From assembly GCA_015233335.1 (NCBI GenBank), contig JADFXX010000012.1, positions 50-64,049 of the forward strand: a DNA stretch of 64,000 bases, in the 5' to 3' direction. The position numbers and the translations under genes were made by a program. Each line of letters begins with the position of its first letter. The stretch's first letter is position 1. Below are positions 9,345 through 18,819 of this stretch, piece after piece. The stretch comes from Candidatus Omnitrophota bacterium (GTDB lineage Bacteria; Omnitrophota; Gorgyraeia; Zapsychrales; Fredricksoniimonadaceae). Below the pieces are notes generated by a model, which did no database searches, was not told the DNA's origin, and saw nothing but the letters and a program-made list of their open reading frames with translations.

Positions 9345-10624
9345 GATCTCTCCAAACGATACAGCCTGCATATTTCCTGCTGATAGAAAGCCAATGTCAT
9401 CTGAAATTCTGCGGAATAAAACCTCTTGCGAAATAAATCCATCCCTTGAGGGTCATTAAACCACATCTCATCTGATATAAGGCCCTGTTGTTCCATTTTC
9501 TTGTATATCCGTGATCCCGGGAAGAGTTGAAATAAATCAACTCCGCTGGGATGACAATAGATCCCCAATTTCTTGATCCGGCAAAAGGTTTCCGCCAACG
9601 TTTTTTCTGTCTCGCCGGGAAGGCCCAAGACAATGCAATAATCTGTTCTGAGCCCAAGCTGCCGTGTCATCTTAAGCACATCCACGGCTAATTTCGACGA
9701 AAAGCCTTTCCCTGTCAACTCTAAGACCCTGTCAGACAATGATTCAACCCCATAAACAATACCCGTACAACCCGCCTCCTTCATGATCATAAGAAGATCA
9801 CGATCGACACAATTCAAATTCGTGTCAACCTCCCATTTTATATTAACGTTGTTTCTGATCAAACTTTGACAAAATGCAACAACCTTTGATCTGTTAACAG
9901 TAAATATCGGATCTCTGAAGAAAAACTTTCTGGCCTTGGCATGCTTCTTAAAATAAATGATCTCTTCAATGGTCCGATCAATGCTCTTTTTCCTCACCCT
10001 TCTTTTCCAAGCGTCAACAACATCACAAAAAGAACAGGAATTCGGACACCCCCTCCCTGTCTCCGGAAAGAAAACCCCCATTGAACGCTCATACCTTTTG
10101 AGCATATTCTTTGGAGGCAAAGGCAAAGAATCCAAATCCTTGATAAAGGGGCGGTTTTCATTCACCAGGATCTTCCCGCTGCTGCGATAGCTCAAACCTC
10201 TAACGTTAGCGAGATGGGCGTGTCTTTTTCTTTCTTCAAGACAATCGATTGTTTCTATAAGGGTTTCCTCCACCTCTCCTCTGATGACTGCATCGACCCA
10301 TGGAACCCTCTCTAAAATGACCTTATGAATGGCGGTCACCGGGGAACCCCCTACGACAATGTAAATATGACTGTCAATTTTCTTTACAAGTTCAGCTAAA
10401 ACAAAACAGTAGTGCATATTAGTCCAGATACAGGTCATGTATAATATATCCGGCTTTGATCTTTGGACTTGATGGGCAAAAACTGCGCTATCAAAAAATT
10501 TGCCCCGGTAAATATCCACATCCTTTCCCTTTGATCTTAAATACGCCTCTGACGCAAGATCCCAGTTTGAAAATGGCATCTCCATTTTCGTGTTCGTTGG
10601 GGGAAGAATATGAAATACCTTCAT
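9341..10624 (-). CDS. B12-binding-domain radical SAM protein, tandem paralog of 8022..9344
   Basis: ETGRGCPNSCSFC motif. Long blocks are shared with the neighbour (EAYLRSK, PDIL.MTC, ILER.PW.DAVIRGE, GVESLSD). Confidence 0.8.
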   Translation of the reverse strand: MKVFHILPPTNTKMEMPFSNWDLASEAYLRSKGKDVDIYRGKFFDSAVFAHQVQRSKPDILYMTCIWTNMHYCFVLAELVKKIDSHIYIVVGGSPVTAIHKVILERVPWVDAVIRGEVEETLIETIDCLEERKRHAHLANVRGLSYRSSGKILVNENRPFIKDLDSLPLPPKNMLKRYERSMGVFFPETGRGCPNSCSFCDVVDAWKRRVRKKSIDRTIEEIIYFKKHAKARKFFFRDPIFTVNRSKVVAFCQSLIRNNVNIKWEVDTNLNCVDRDLLMIMKEAGCTGIVYGVESLSDRVLELTGKGFSSKLAVDVLKMTRQLGLRTDYCIVLGLPGETEKTLAETFCRIKKLGIYCHPSGVDLFQLFPGSRIYKKMEQQGLISDEMWFNDPQGMDLFRKRFYSAEFQMTLAFYQQEICRLYRLERS

Positions 10625-10636
10625 GGGAACCTTTCT

Positions 10637-11512
10637 TTAATGGCGCACAACAAAACTCAAAAACGGCGTGTAACTCAAGACACACCCAACAACAAGAAAA
10701 AAAGCAAACGGCAGCCGGTCCTTAGAGGTCTTTAAATTCTTAAGTATGATATTCATAAAAACAAATACTGCGCTCCAAACAACAATCCGCCCGAAATAAT
10801 TCATCATCATCGGGGCAGACAGCATCCCGGGAGCCAGGAAAAGACGTGCCGCCAGCCCCACGAAAATCATCATGAACACCTGAAATCTAAACCTTATCTC
10901 CGGCAGCCCTTGCCCCCTGAACACGCACCATACAATAAATGTCAATATAAGCGCCACTGCTGAATCTCCTGGCATCCTCAACAAGAAATAGACCGGAAAT
11001 AACAACCATGAGAGCAAAAACGATCCTAGCAGGGCTTGTCGTAACTCCCCTAATTCTCTCCGACAGTTTTCTTTAATAAAGATTTCCTTCCAATGAAGAA
11101 CTCCATCATGAATCAACAACGGCACGACGATTATGCTTCCGGCAATAAAAGTTGAACTAAAGAAAACTATGCTTGTCAGGTAATACTTGTTCTCCTGTCC
11201 GGTGAGCGGCATCAAAAAAGAGAACAGCATGAAGAGCTTGGCATCACCGCCCCTCCATTCCTTATAGTGAAAAAAAATAAAACCTATCAGGGCCGCGGCA
11301 ATACCATTAATAAAATGGATGTTCATGTCTTCACGGCGGATAAGAGTGGCATATAAAAGGACCAAAGAACCCGCCAGAAATCCCATGGCTAAATGTATAT
11401 TATAAATACGCCGTTCTTTGAGGTCTGTTGTAACAACGATCCCCCCAATGACAGCAACGACGACAAATAATAGTAAATGGGTCAGGGGCATACAATTAAA
11501 TTTAAAGATCAT
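10637..11512 (-). CDS. Peptidase A24 (prepilin/preflagellin peptidase-like) polytopic membrane aspartyl protease
   Basis: TTD(30)LKERRIYN and WRGGD(90)AKLFML resemble the two catalytic Asp motifs of A24 peptidases. Multiple TM helices; no methyltransferase domain. Confidence 0.65.
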   Translation of the reverse strand: MIFKFNCMPLTHLLLFVVVAVIGGIVVTTDLKERRIYNIHLAMGFLAGSLVLLYATLIRREDMNIHFINGIAAALIGFIFFHYKEWRGGDAKLFMLFSFLMPLTGQENKYYLTSIVFFSSTFIAGSIIVVPLLIHDGVLHWKEIFIKENCRRELGELRQALLGSFLLSWLLFPVYFLLRMPGDSAVALILTFIVWCVFRGQGLPEIRFRFQVFMMIFVGLAARLFLAPGMLSAPMMMNYFGRIVVWSAVFVFMNIILKNLKTSKDRLPFAFFLVVGCVLSYTPFLSFVVRH

Positions 11513-12819
11513 ATGCTGTCTCGGATATCAAGAGAATTTAAATACAGCTTCTCAAAACTTTCATCAAAAGGTGTGCTGGTCGTAAAGCAGCTTAAGCCCA
11601 ATCCCTTAATAAATAAATCAAGTCCCTTGATCCTCGCTGATATTTCTGCCCGTTTCTTCCCTTGGGGCCTTCCTTTCTCATGAAATGAAAAGAACTCCCC
11701 GTCTTGGGCCCCGTCTAGGATGATCCCAAACGCATCCGGATCACGACCAATGCGGCTGTCTTTTGGAATATCCAAATTGGAAATATTGACGTTAGTTATG
11801 GCTCTTTTATTCCTGCGAATAAACTGTTTTAGTTCCCCTATATCCTCAGCCGTCTCATAAGGGAACCCCACAATAATATGTATTTGCGTCCTTATGCCGA
11901 TCTTGTGGCAGTCCTGAACGATCCTTGCAACCTCATCTATCTGTATTTTTTTCCCGATAACATCCAGTGTATTCTGATTCGCAGACTCAAGCCCCAGGCT
12001 CAACAGCCGGCACCCGGCCTTTTTCATGAGCTTGAGCATTGCTTTATCCAAGGCTCTGGGTACTGCATAGGACGTCCATCGGACATTCAATAAAATGAGC
12101 TTTGAAAGTAATTTGGCCAAATAATCGTTGTTAAAATTAATCTCCGGACCCACAAAAACAATTTTCTTGGTCTTATTTATTTTTGCCAGCCGCCTGATCT
12201 CGGATATCACCTGAGTTATTTTCTTATACTGAAAACCGGACAAGGAGTTGACACAATAATAACAGCGATTAGGGCATCCTCTGGACAGTTCATAGGTCAA
12301 AAACTTATGCCGATGCGCTGTCTTTGAGGTTTTGAGATCGCTGATGCTGATCTCAGGGGCGTTGTTCTCCGGCACTTTTTGCCCCACGGCATTCTTGATC
12401 AGAAAAGAAGCATCCCCCTGCAAATACCTTAACACAGCCATTTCTGAGCACTTTGCGGGAATGACGTAGTCAACAAACCTATGCCGGGAACAATCCAAAT
12501 AGGGTGTTGAGAATGCTCCGTAATTGATCAATCTTCCAAATATAATAACAGCCTTCTTATGGCGCTTAAGATATTGGGCGACTTTCAAACCGGAACGTAT
12601 CTGTGAAGTCCTCAGCACAGCAATGACGACACGGGCCCTTTGCGGGATCCCCTTGATGGCCCCTATCCCCGCTTGATCCCTCAGATCGATCAGTGTGGCA
12701 CCAATCGCATTTCTTTTTAAATAATAAATATAATCCAGGTATCCTTGGCTCCTTAGCATCTCATCATATTTTGAATCGTGCGGTAATCTTACAATATAAA
12801 GGTGGTTCATATCTAGCAT
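11509..12819 (-). CDS. B12-binding-domain radical SAM protein
   Basis: YELSRGCPNRCYYC motif after a ~170-aa N-terminal domain; 4-nt overlap with the A24 gene. Confidence 0.75.
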   Translation of the reverse strand: MLDMNHLYIVRLPHDSKYDEMLRSQGYLDYIYYLKRNAIGATLIDLRDQAGIGAIKGIPQRARVVIAVLRTSQIRSGLKVAQYLKRHKKAVIIFGRLINYGAFSTPYLDCSRHRFVDYVIPAKCSEMAVLRYLQGDASFLIKNAVGQKVPENNAPEISISDLKTSKTAHRHKFLTYELSRGCPNRCYYCVNSLSGFQYKKITQVISEIRRLAKINKTKKIVFVGPEINFNNDYLAKLLSKLILLNVRWTSYAVPRALDKAMLKLMKKAGCRLLSLGLESANQNTLDVIGKKIQIDEVARIVQDCHKIGIRTQIHIIVGFPYETAEDIGELKQFIRRNKRAITNVNISNLDIPKDSRIGRDPDAFGIILDGAQDGEFFSFHEKGRPQGKKRAEISARIKGLDLFIKGLGLSCFTTSTPFDESFEKLYLNSLDIRDSI

Positions 12820-12831
12820 GCGTCCGATATA

Positions 12832-14367
12832 TTATTTTTTAGTAATAAGATAATTCCCTGCGATTAAGGCATCAAGGTCCATTCTCATAAGGTCCATAAC
12901 GGCCTCCCGTGGAGAGCAAACGATCGGCTCTCCTTGATAGTTAAAAGAGGTATTCAGAACAAAGGGAGTCCCTGTTTTCTTATAAAAATGATTGATCAGC
13001 CCGTGATAAAGGGGGTTCTGGGAAAAAGAAACCGTTTGAACTCTCGTTGTCCCGTCCACATGGACAACCGCACATCCGGCCTTTTTCATGTTTGCCAGAG
13101 CAGGAAAACACGTCGTCATATACGGGCTTACTCGGCGCAGATTGACCCATCTAGAAACATGCTCTTCTAAAATGCTCGGAGCAAAAGGCCTCCAGAATTC
13201 ACGCCCTTTAACATGATTAAGTCTGATATTATTGCCCTTAATAGACGGATTGGCCAAAATACTTCTATTCCCCAAAGCGCGCGGCCCCCACTCCATCCCG
13301 CCTTGGAACCATCCGATAAAACAATTCCTCTCGAGTAAATCAGCGGCTGTTTGGGCCGGATCACTAAGCCTTTTGATGGCCACAGGAAATGGACCGGCCG
13401 CAAGCCGTATCGCCGTGTCGGAAAATGACGGTCCGCTGTAAACATCGAAATTAAATCTTTTCGTATCCCCGCAACGCGCTGCCATTTCCATCGCATATCC
13501 GATCGCAAGACCGGCATCCCCCGCGTTAGGCTGGACAAAAACATCATTAATAAAATGAAGACGGACAATTTCACCTAACAATTTGCTGTTCAGAAAAATA
13601 CCGCCGGCAAAACAAAAATCGCTTATTTTTGTTGAACGATAAATCTCCTTAATCAGGTTAATGACCGATCTTTCAAGGCATTTCTGGATCGTCGCGCTAA
13701 AATCGATCACTTCCCGCGCAGGCATTTTATAAGGATCATTTTTGACAGGCTTTAATCTGGCCTTTTTTGCGTAGGCATTATGGATCGTTTGATGGGATTC
13801 CATATAAAAAATATCTTTATAATCACACGAAGCCTTGCCGTAAGAACTTAACCCCATGAATTTGCCTTCGTGGTTCCTGCTAAATCCCGCCTTGATCGTC
13901 GCATCCCTATAAATCATCCCAAGACTGATCTGATCGAACTTAACATCCCAAATCTTATGCATCCGATCGCCATCACCTACAAAGAAAGTGATTGAATCCC
14001 TGTTGTCCCCGCAGGCGTCGATAACCAAAATGTTCGCTTTTTTAAACGAAGAGAACCTATAAGCACTGGCGGCATGTGCCTGATGATGAAAACCGTCCCC
14101 CGGGACGACCTCTCTTTGACCGCGCCTAGATAAGATGCAGTATTGTGTTTTGTTATTCCTTGCCTCAAAAGAGCTGATGCAGAAATCCAGCTGGGCTTCT
14201 TTAAGGCGGTTTTTTTCCAATAAGTATTGGATGGACTTACGGGGAAAGTTATTGTCGTATTTGATTCTTGAGAACCGCTCTTCCTGAATAAAGCCGCAAA
14301 AACGGCCGTCTTTGATCAGTGCCGCACTGCTATTTTCATTATTCGAATTCAACCCCAAAATATTCAT
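12832..14367 (-). CDS. Carbamoyltransferase, NodU/CmcH family
   Basis: N-terminal ILGLNS..SSAALIKDGR..EERFSRIKYDNNFP. C-terminal VHVDGTTRVQTV and FVLNTSFNYQGEPIVCSP blocks are typical of this family. Confidence 0.8.
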   Translation of the reverse strand: MNILGLNSNNENSSAALIKDGRFCGFIQEERFSRIKYDNNFPRKSIQYLLEKNRLKEAQLDFCISSFEARNNKTQYCILSRRGQREVVPGDGFHHQAHAASAYRFSSFKKANILVIDACGDNRDSITFFVGDGDRMHKIWDVKFDQISLGMIYRDATIKAGFSRNHEGKFMGLSSYGKASCDYKDIFYMESHQTIHNAYAKKARLKPVKNDPYKMPAREVIDFSATIQKCLERSVINLIKEIYRSTKISDFCFAGGIFLNSKLLGEIVRLHFINDVFVQPNAGDAGLAIGYAMEMAARCGDTKRFNFDVYSGPSFSDTAIRLAAGPFPVAIKRLSDPAQTAADLLERNCFIGWFQGGMEWGPRALGNRSILANPSIKGNNIRLNHVKGREFWRPFAPSILEEHVSRWVNLRRVSPYMTTCFPALANMKKAGCAVVHVDGTTRVQTVSFSQNPLYHGLINHFYKKTGTPFVLNTSFNYQGEPIVCSPREAVMDLMRMDLDALIAGNYLITKK

Positions 14368-15305
14368 TCGCCCTTATCCGTTGCAGATTTTTCACATCCT
14401 ATGACCTTCCGGAATCGCACCAAATCATCCTTACTATTGCTGTACGAAAAACAAGGGATACATTCATTACTTATGTAATGATGGCACGCAGCGCATTTCT
14501 CATACACCGGGACCTTGATCAAATGCTTCCCCGCCAAAACCGCTCCTAGATCTTCCAGGGTCCCAAATGTTTCATTATGGTAAGGACATATCTTCAATGT
14601 AAGGTCCGTATCGATATAAAAAACCCTTCTGCATCTGGAGAGATAGTTGACGCTTTTCAAAAAATCCAGCTCATCTGTTGAAAACTCGCAATAAGGCAAG
14701 AAACAGCAGTTAGATACGTCCATGCCCATTTTACAAACGATCCTAAGGAAGGTCAGCAAGCCTGTTTTGACTTGGGCGATATCACGAAGATACTCATTAT
14801 TCCGCTCAAGATTGGGCTGTGCGATCTTGACCCTTACGCCTGATATATATTTTCTGTTCTGTTCGATGAATCTGATGGCTTTTGAGAAATTATATCCCTC
14901 ATTAATCACGTCCCGGAGAATCGCCTTGGCCTTTCTTTTGTGCAAATACCTCAGGTTATTAACAGCTTTCTTTTCCGTCTTGGCATCATAAGGAAGGTGC
15001 ACGGAAACCTGCACCCCTTCAAGAGCGATTCCCTCAAGGCTCCGGACATCAAACAGCCCGTTAGAAAAAATATCATACTTAATATTGTTCCTGCGCAAAC
15101 CCTGCGTTACATATCCAAGTTCGGGATAAATTGTGGGCTCCCCGCCGATCAATGCCACCCGCTCCACCTTTGCGCGTTTCAGATGCGGGATGATCTTGTC
15201 AAAATCCTCCCGGGTTAAACTGCTCCCACGCGATTTCTCTTTGACAAAACAGCACGCGCATTGCTTATTACAACGGTTGGTTAAAAAAAGGTCTATTGAT
15301 CCCAT
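14364..15305 (-). CDS. Radical SAM protein with Cys-rich C-terminus (SPASM-like)
   Basis: LTNRCNKQCACC motif at the N-terminus; GGEP glycine motif; C-terminal CAACHHY..CIPC cysteines. Confidence 0.75.
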   Translation of the reverse strand: MGSIDLFLTNRCNKQCACCFVKEKSRGSSLTREDFDKIIPHLKRAKVERVALIGGEPTIYPELGYVTQGLRRNNIKYDIFSNGLFDVRSLEGIALEGVQVSVHLPYDAKTEKKAVNNLRYLHKRKAKAILRDVINEGYNFSKAIRFIEQNRKYISGVRVKIAQPNLERNNEYLRDIAQVKTGLLTFLRIVCKMGMDVSNCCFLPYCEFSTDELDFLKSVNYLSRCRRVFYIDTDLTLKICPYHNETFGTLEDLGAVLAGKHLIKVPVYEKCAACHHYISNECIPCFSYSNSKDDLVRFRKVIGCEKSATDKGE

Positions 15306-15325
15306 TTCGGTGTTCCCTTGCGTTA

Positions 15326-16753
15326 TTAGACAGAACCTATGACTTCGGCACCGCTCTCTTTCGCGATCGTTTGTAATAATTTAGTTTTTATACTGATGAA
15401 TTTCCTAGTTGAAGCAAAACTCTGCTGGCCATTTTCCATGTGTTCGCAATAAGGCCGATATTTAAGGACCTTGTCTGTTTCTGTCTTGACCTGTGCGATA
15501 TTAAACCGAGTGGGATTATAAAAGATTATGCAAGCCTTGTACAATTTAAAAGAATCGACTACAACGACATCCATGAGGGAGGCATTCTTTCTGACAAAAT
15601 CGCAGGTCGCTTCAAAATCCTCTCTCGTTTCAAAAGGCATGCCAGCAATAAAATTACATCGTGATATGATGCCCTGTTTATGGATCTCCTTAAGAACTTT
15701 GGGCACCGCATCGATTTGAATCATTTTCTTCATTTTTATCAACAAAGCTTGGCTTCCTGATTCTATCCCTATTTGAACCAACTCACAGCCCGCGGCCTTC
15801 ATTTTCTTGAACAAACCAGGCCTAGTTTCGTTTAAAGAAATTTGAGTCCCCCAGCGTATCTTTAATTTATTCACAAGAATAGCATCACAGAGCTCCTCCA
15901 AATATTTTGCTTGTCCGGTTAATGAATCGGCAACAAGATCAATGCGGTTGACTTTGTATTTTTCAATTAAATCTTGAAGCTCTGTAACGACCTTCTGAGG
16001 GGGCTTAGTCGTAACACTTGAGCACCCCGGCCATATAGAACAGTAGCAGCAACGGTTAAGGCATCCGGTGCTTATCAAATACGGCAAGGGGAACCTGTTA
16101 TGGTCCTTTTGTTTAAAATAAAGTTCTACCGGCAAATCAGAAAAATCCGCCATAGGACTTTCTGACAATTCGATCGCGGCTTTTTTATTCTTAAGGATCT
16201 TCTTATTCTTTCTATAAATCAACCCCGGTATATGATCAAGCTTGTTATTACGGGCTTGTAGGTGCTTAAGCAGCAATAAAAGCCCCTTTTCTCCTGCTCC
16301 CCATATAACAAAGTCTATAAAATCAAAATCATCTAAAATGACATATTGGTTCGCTGTAAGAAACCGTCCGCCTAAAATGATCTTTATATCAGGGCATTTT
16401 GCCTTTAGTGCTTTGGCTAAAACAAGCGCCGTCAGCAATTCGTCGTAACCGGTGATAGAAAAACCGACCGGGGAGGGATCTTTAAGGTCAATCGTGCGGA
16501 AAAAAAATTGAACCATTGCTCTCAGATAAGTATTTTGCTCTGAAGAAACAAGATAGGAACGGACCCCATCTTCGTCAAATTTATTAAAAATATGGTCGAA
16601 AAACTGGGCATTCTTTCGGGTTAGGATATTAAGATCTATCGTCGAAACCAAACAGCCGTGGTTTTCTAAAAAAGCTTTTATTTGGGTAATACTGATAGGG
16701 ATCGCAAAGGAGCGTGTTCTCGGAGCCGGAGGAATGATCAATCTTAATTTCAT
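15326..16753 (-). CDS. B12-binding-domain radical SAM protein
   Basis: STGCLNRCCYC motif in mid-protein; N-terminal domain with ILGG..VIWGAGE as in B12-binding rSAM proteins. Confidence 0.75.
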   Translation of the reverse strand: MKLRLIIPPAPRTRSFAIPISITQIKAFLENHGCLVSTIDLNILTRKNAQFFDHIFNKFDEDGVRSYLVSSEQNTYLRAMVQFFFRTIDLKDPSPVGFSITGYDELLTALVLAKALKAKCPDIKIILGGRFLTANQYVILDDFDFIDFVIWGAGEKGLLLLLKHLQARNNKLDHIPGLIYRKNKKILKNKKAAIELSESPMADFSDLPVELYFKQKDHNRFPLPYLISTGCLNRCCYCSIWPGCSSVTTKPPQKVVTELQDLIEKYKVNRIDLVADSLTGQAKYLEELCDAILVNKLKIRWGTQISLNETRPGLFKKMKAAGCELVQIGIESGSQALLIKMKKMIQIDAVPKVLKEIHKQGIISRCNFIAGMPFETREDFEATCDFVRKNASLMDVVVVDSFKLYKACIIFYNPTRFNIAQVKTETDKVLKYRPYCEHMENGQQSFASTRKFISIKTKLLQTIAKESGAEVIGSV

Positions 16754-16873
16754 AAGACCCTTAACTTCTCATAAAATTGGACGGCGAAAACATATATTTT
16801 ACATGATAGAAGCATTAAATGCGTCCAAAATATTTGTATTGCGTATTCTTTAAAACCTTGCTTAAATATCCCC

Positions 16874-18166
16874 ATGCATGCACCTGCAAGCGCCATAAAT
16901 AAAAAAGCACTGGCTTATTATTTGACCTATCAATTTGTTCCCAAGCCATTTTCCTTAAACCATGCAGGCCCCCCGCGGACTGAGGACTATAAATTCCCCA
17001 GAACGTTAGACCCCAAAAAGACTTTTCGGCATGATGAAACCAGGTTAGCCGAGAACCTATATGCCCTCCTCACCGACATCATCAAAACCTCACTGAAACA
17101 AACAACCGGCCCCATCGGGCTTTTACTCTCCGGCGGGCTGGATTCGACAATATTACTACATCTGCTAAGAAAAAACACACGGAGAAATATTTGTACTATT
17201 TCCGCAGCTTACGATTCAGATCGATCACATCTTAAACTCTGCGCTTCCTTAGCAAAGAAATACAATGCTATTCATCAGGAGCTCATTATCACACCTGCCC
17301 ACCTGCGTCAACTAGCCCGCATTTACTCTCCCGGCTTGGATAACCCCATCGGAGATAACGGTTTATTGGCAAACTATCTCATGTTTAATATGCTGTCTTC
17401 CCGCACAAAATTGATCTATGCCGGTGACGGAGCTGACTGCCTTTTTCACGGCCTTAATATTCATTACTTGGATTTTCTTGATAAGAATTACCTCCATCGC
17501 TTAAAAAAAACAACGGACTTCCCGGATGCGGTCCATCGAAGAATCCTTTTACCGAAGGCTCATTACCCGGACTTTGAACATTACAAATTTGATGAAATAT
17601 TCTTAACAAAAAATGAGGCCCATCAATACCTCGGCATGGACTTTGATCTGAGTGCGCCACTGAGATCCATTACAAAAACGATTAAAACAAATGATCCGAT
17701 CAAGAAAACGATTCTCCTGGATCTAAATTTCCTGGTGAACAATCGCGTAGACTACATCCTTAAATCGGCAGCCGCGAATAAAATCAAAATCATACTCCCC
17801 TATCTCGATTCGGCTTTAATAGATTATGCCCTGCGGATCCCCAGTTCATATTTCATCAAAGATTTGGAACAAAAATACATCCTAAAAAAAGCATTTGAAA
17901 ACGCACTGCCCAAGGAAGTTATCTCTCAAAAAAAAAGAGGGATGACCCCTCCGTTTTTGGATTGGTATCTTAAAAATCGATCTTTTGTATTAAAAACTAT
18001 GCTTAAAGCGACGAAATTAGGCGTAGCCCCCGAATATATCCGTTATCTGACGGATAATATCAACCGCAGCAATCAATACGCTTACGGAATGCGGATCTGG
18101 TTAGTCCTTAACCTGGTCTTATGGTCTGCGGGACAACAAACCCCGGACAAAACCCACTCGATTTAA
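16874..18166 (+). CDS. Asparagine synthetase-like adenylating enzyme (synthetase domain only)
   Basis: PP-loop LLLSGGLDST. There is no N-terminal Cys2 glutaminase domain (starts MHAPAS). It is the only plus-strand gene in the cluster. Confidence 0.7.
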   Translation: MHAPASAINKKALAYYLTYQFVPKPFSLNHAGPPRTEDYKFPRTLDPKKTFRHDETRLAENLYALLTDIIKTSLKQTTGPIGLLLSGGLDSTILLHLLRKNTRRNICTISAAYDSDRSHLKLCASLAKKYNAIHQELIITPAHLRQLARIYSPGLDNPIGDNGLLANYLMFNMLSSRTKLIYAGDGADCLFHGLNIHYLDFLDKNYLHRLKKTTDFPDAVHRRILLPKAHYPDFEHYKFDEIFLTKNEAHQYLGMDFDLSAPLRSITKTIKTNDPIKKTILLDLNFLVNNRVDYILKSAAANKIKIILPYLDSALIDYALRIPSSYFIKDLEQKYILKKAFENALPKEVISQKKRGMTPPFLDWYLKNRSFVLKTMLKATKLGVAPEYIRYLTDNINRSNQYAYGMRIWLVLNLVLWSAGQQTPDKTHSI

Positions 18167-18789
18167 GAACCAATAACAGTGTTTTCTTTGATCAAGAACT
18201 TCTTTGCGATCGAAGTGCTCAAAGCTACGACCTTTTTATTCAAACACTCTTTACGGCAAGGAACAAACCTGTCGCGGGATTGCTTTGATGAGTTAAAAAT
18301 ACAGCTCCTGCTAACAGCAAAAATAAGGGGACGGTCGCAATGACGTATTTTTATTTTTTTGCTGATGAAAGCCGGCACCCAATCGACATTGACGGCATCG
18401 ACTTCGATACCCACCGTCTTAGGGCCGAGAATAAAGGGAAGATCTTTGAGGAGACCTTTATCATGATTGATATCATTTGAAAAAGGGAACAATGTTCTGG
18501 CAAGAAGACGGCCAATAATTAAATGAATGCTAAAGTCACGGTTCAACATAGCCAACACGCCAAGATCATTGACAATGATTTCATCCTTACTATTCAATAA
18601 AGAGGCCAACTTGCGGACACACGCTAAACCGTACTCAGTAACAGGAGGAGTTAACAAAGAAATTCTGCAATGGGGAATTTTTTGCCTTTCTACAGCAATC
18701 CTCCCAGGCAAAGGCAATAGCCGTTCACACGATTCATGACCCATCAAAACGATCAAGTCATTTTTTTTAAGACCTCTACTCTGAACCAT
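18163..18789 (-). CDS. Hypothetical protein, possibly a U32-family-related fragment or partner
   Basis: IIVNDLGVLAMLNRDFSIHL resembles the U32 block V.V.D.G...L......L.LH; Cys-containing C-terminus. Weak call. Confidence 0.35.
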   Translation of the reverse strand: MVQSRGLKKNDLIVLMGHESCERLLPLPGRIAVERQKIPHCRISLLTPPVTEYGLACVRKLASLLNSKDEIIVNDLGVLAMLNRDFSIHLIIGRLLARTLFPFSNDINHDKGLLKDLPFILGPKTVGIEVDAVNVDWVPAFISKKIKIRHCDRPLIFAVSRSCIFNSSKQSRDRFVPCRKECLNKKVVALSTSIAKKFLIKENTVIGS

Positions 18790-18819
18790 CGGAACACTCC
18801 ATTGATCCTCAAAGAAGAC

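Noticed and set aside
10637-11512. Idea that the A24 peptidase cleaves the 88-aa peptide (28011..28277)
   Set aside because: The peptide lacks a class III signal: there is no G/(F,M,L)xxxE immediately followed by a hydrophobic helix near the N-terminus. KKKVG-LTKSLGE does not fit, and the hydrophobic stretch starts 35 residues later.
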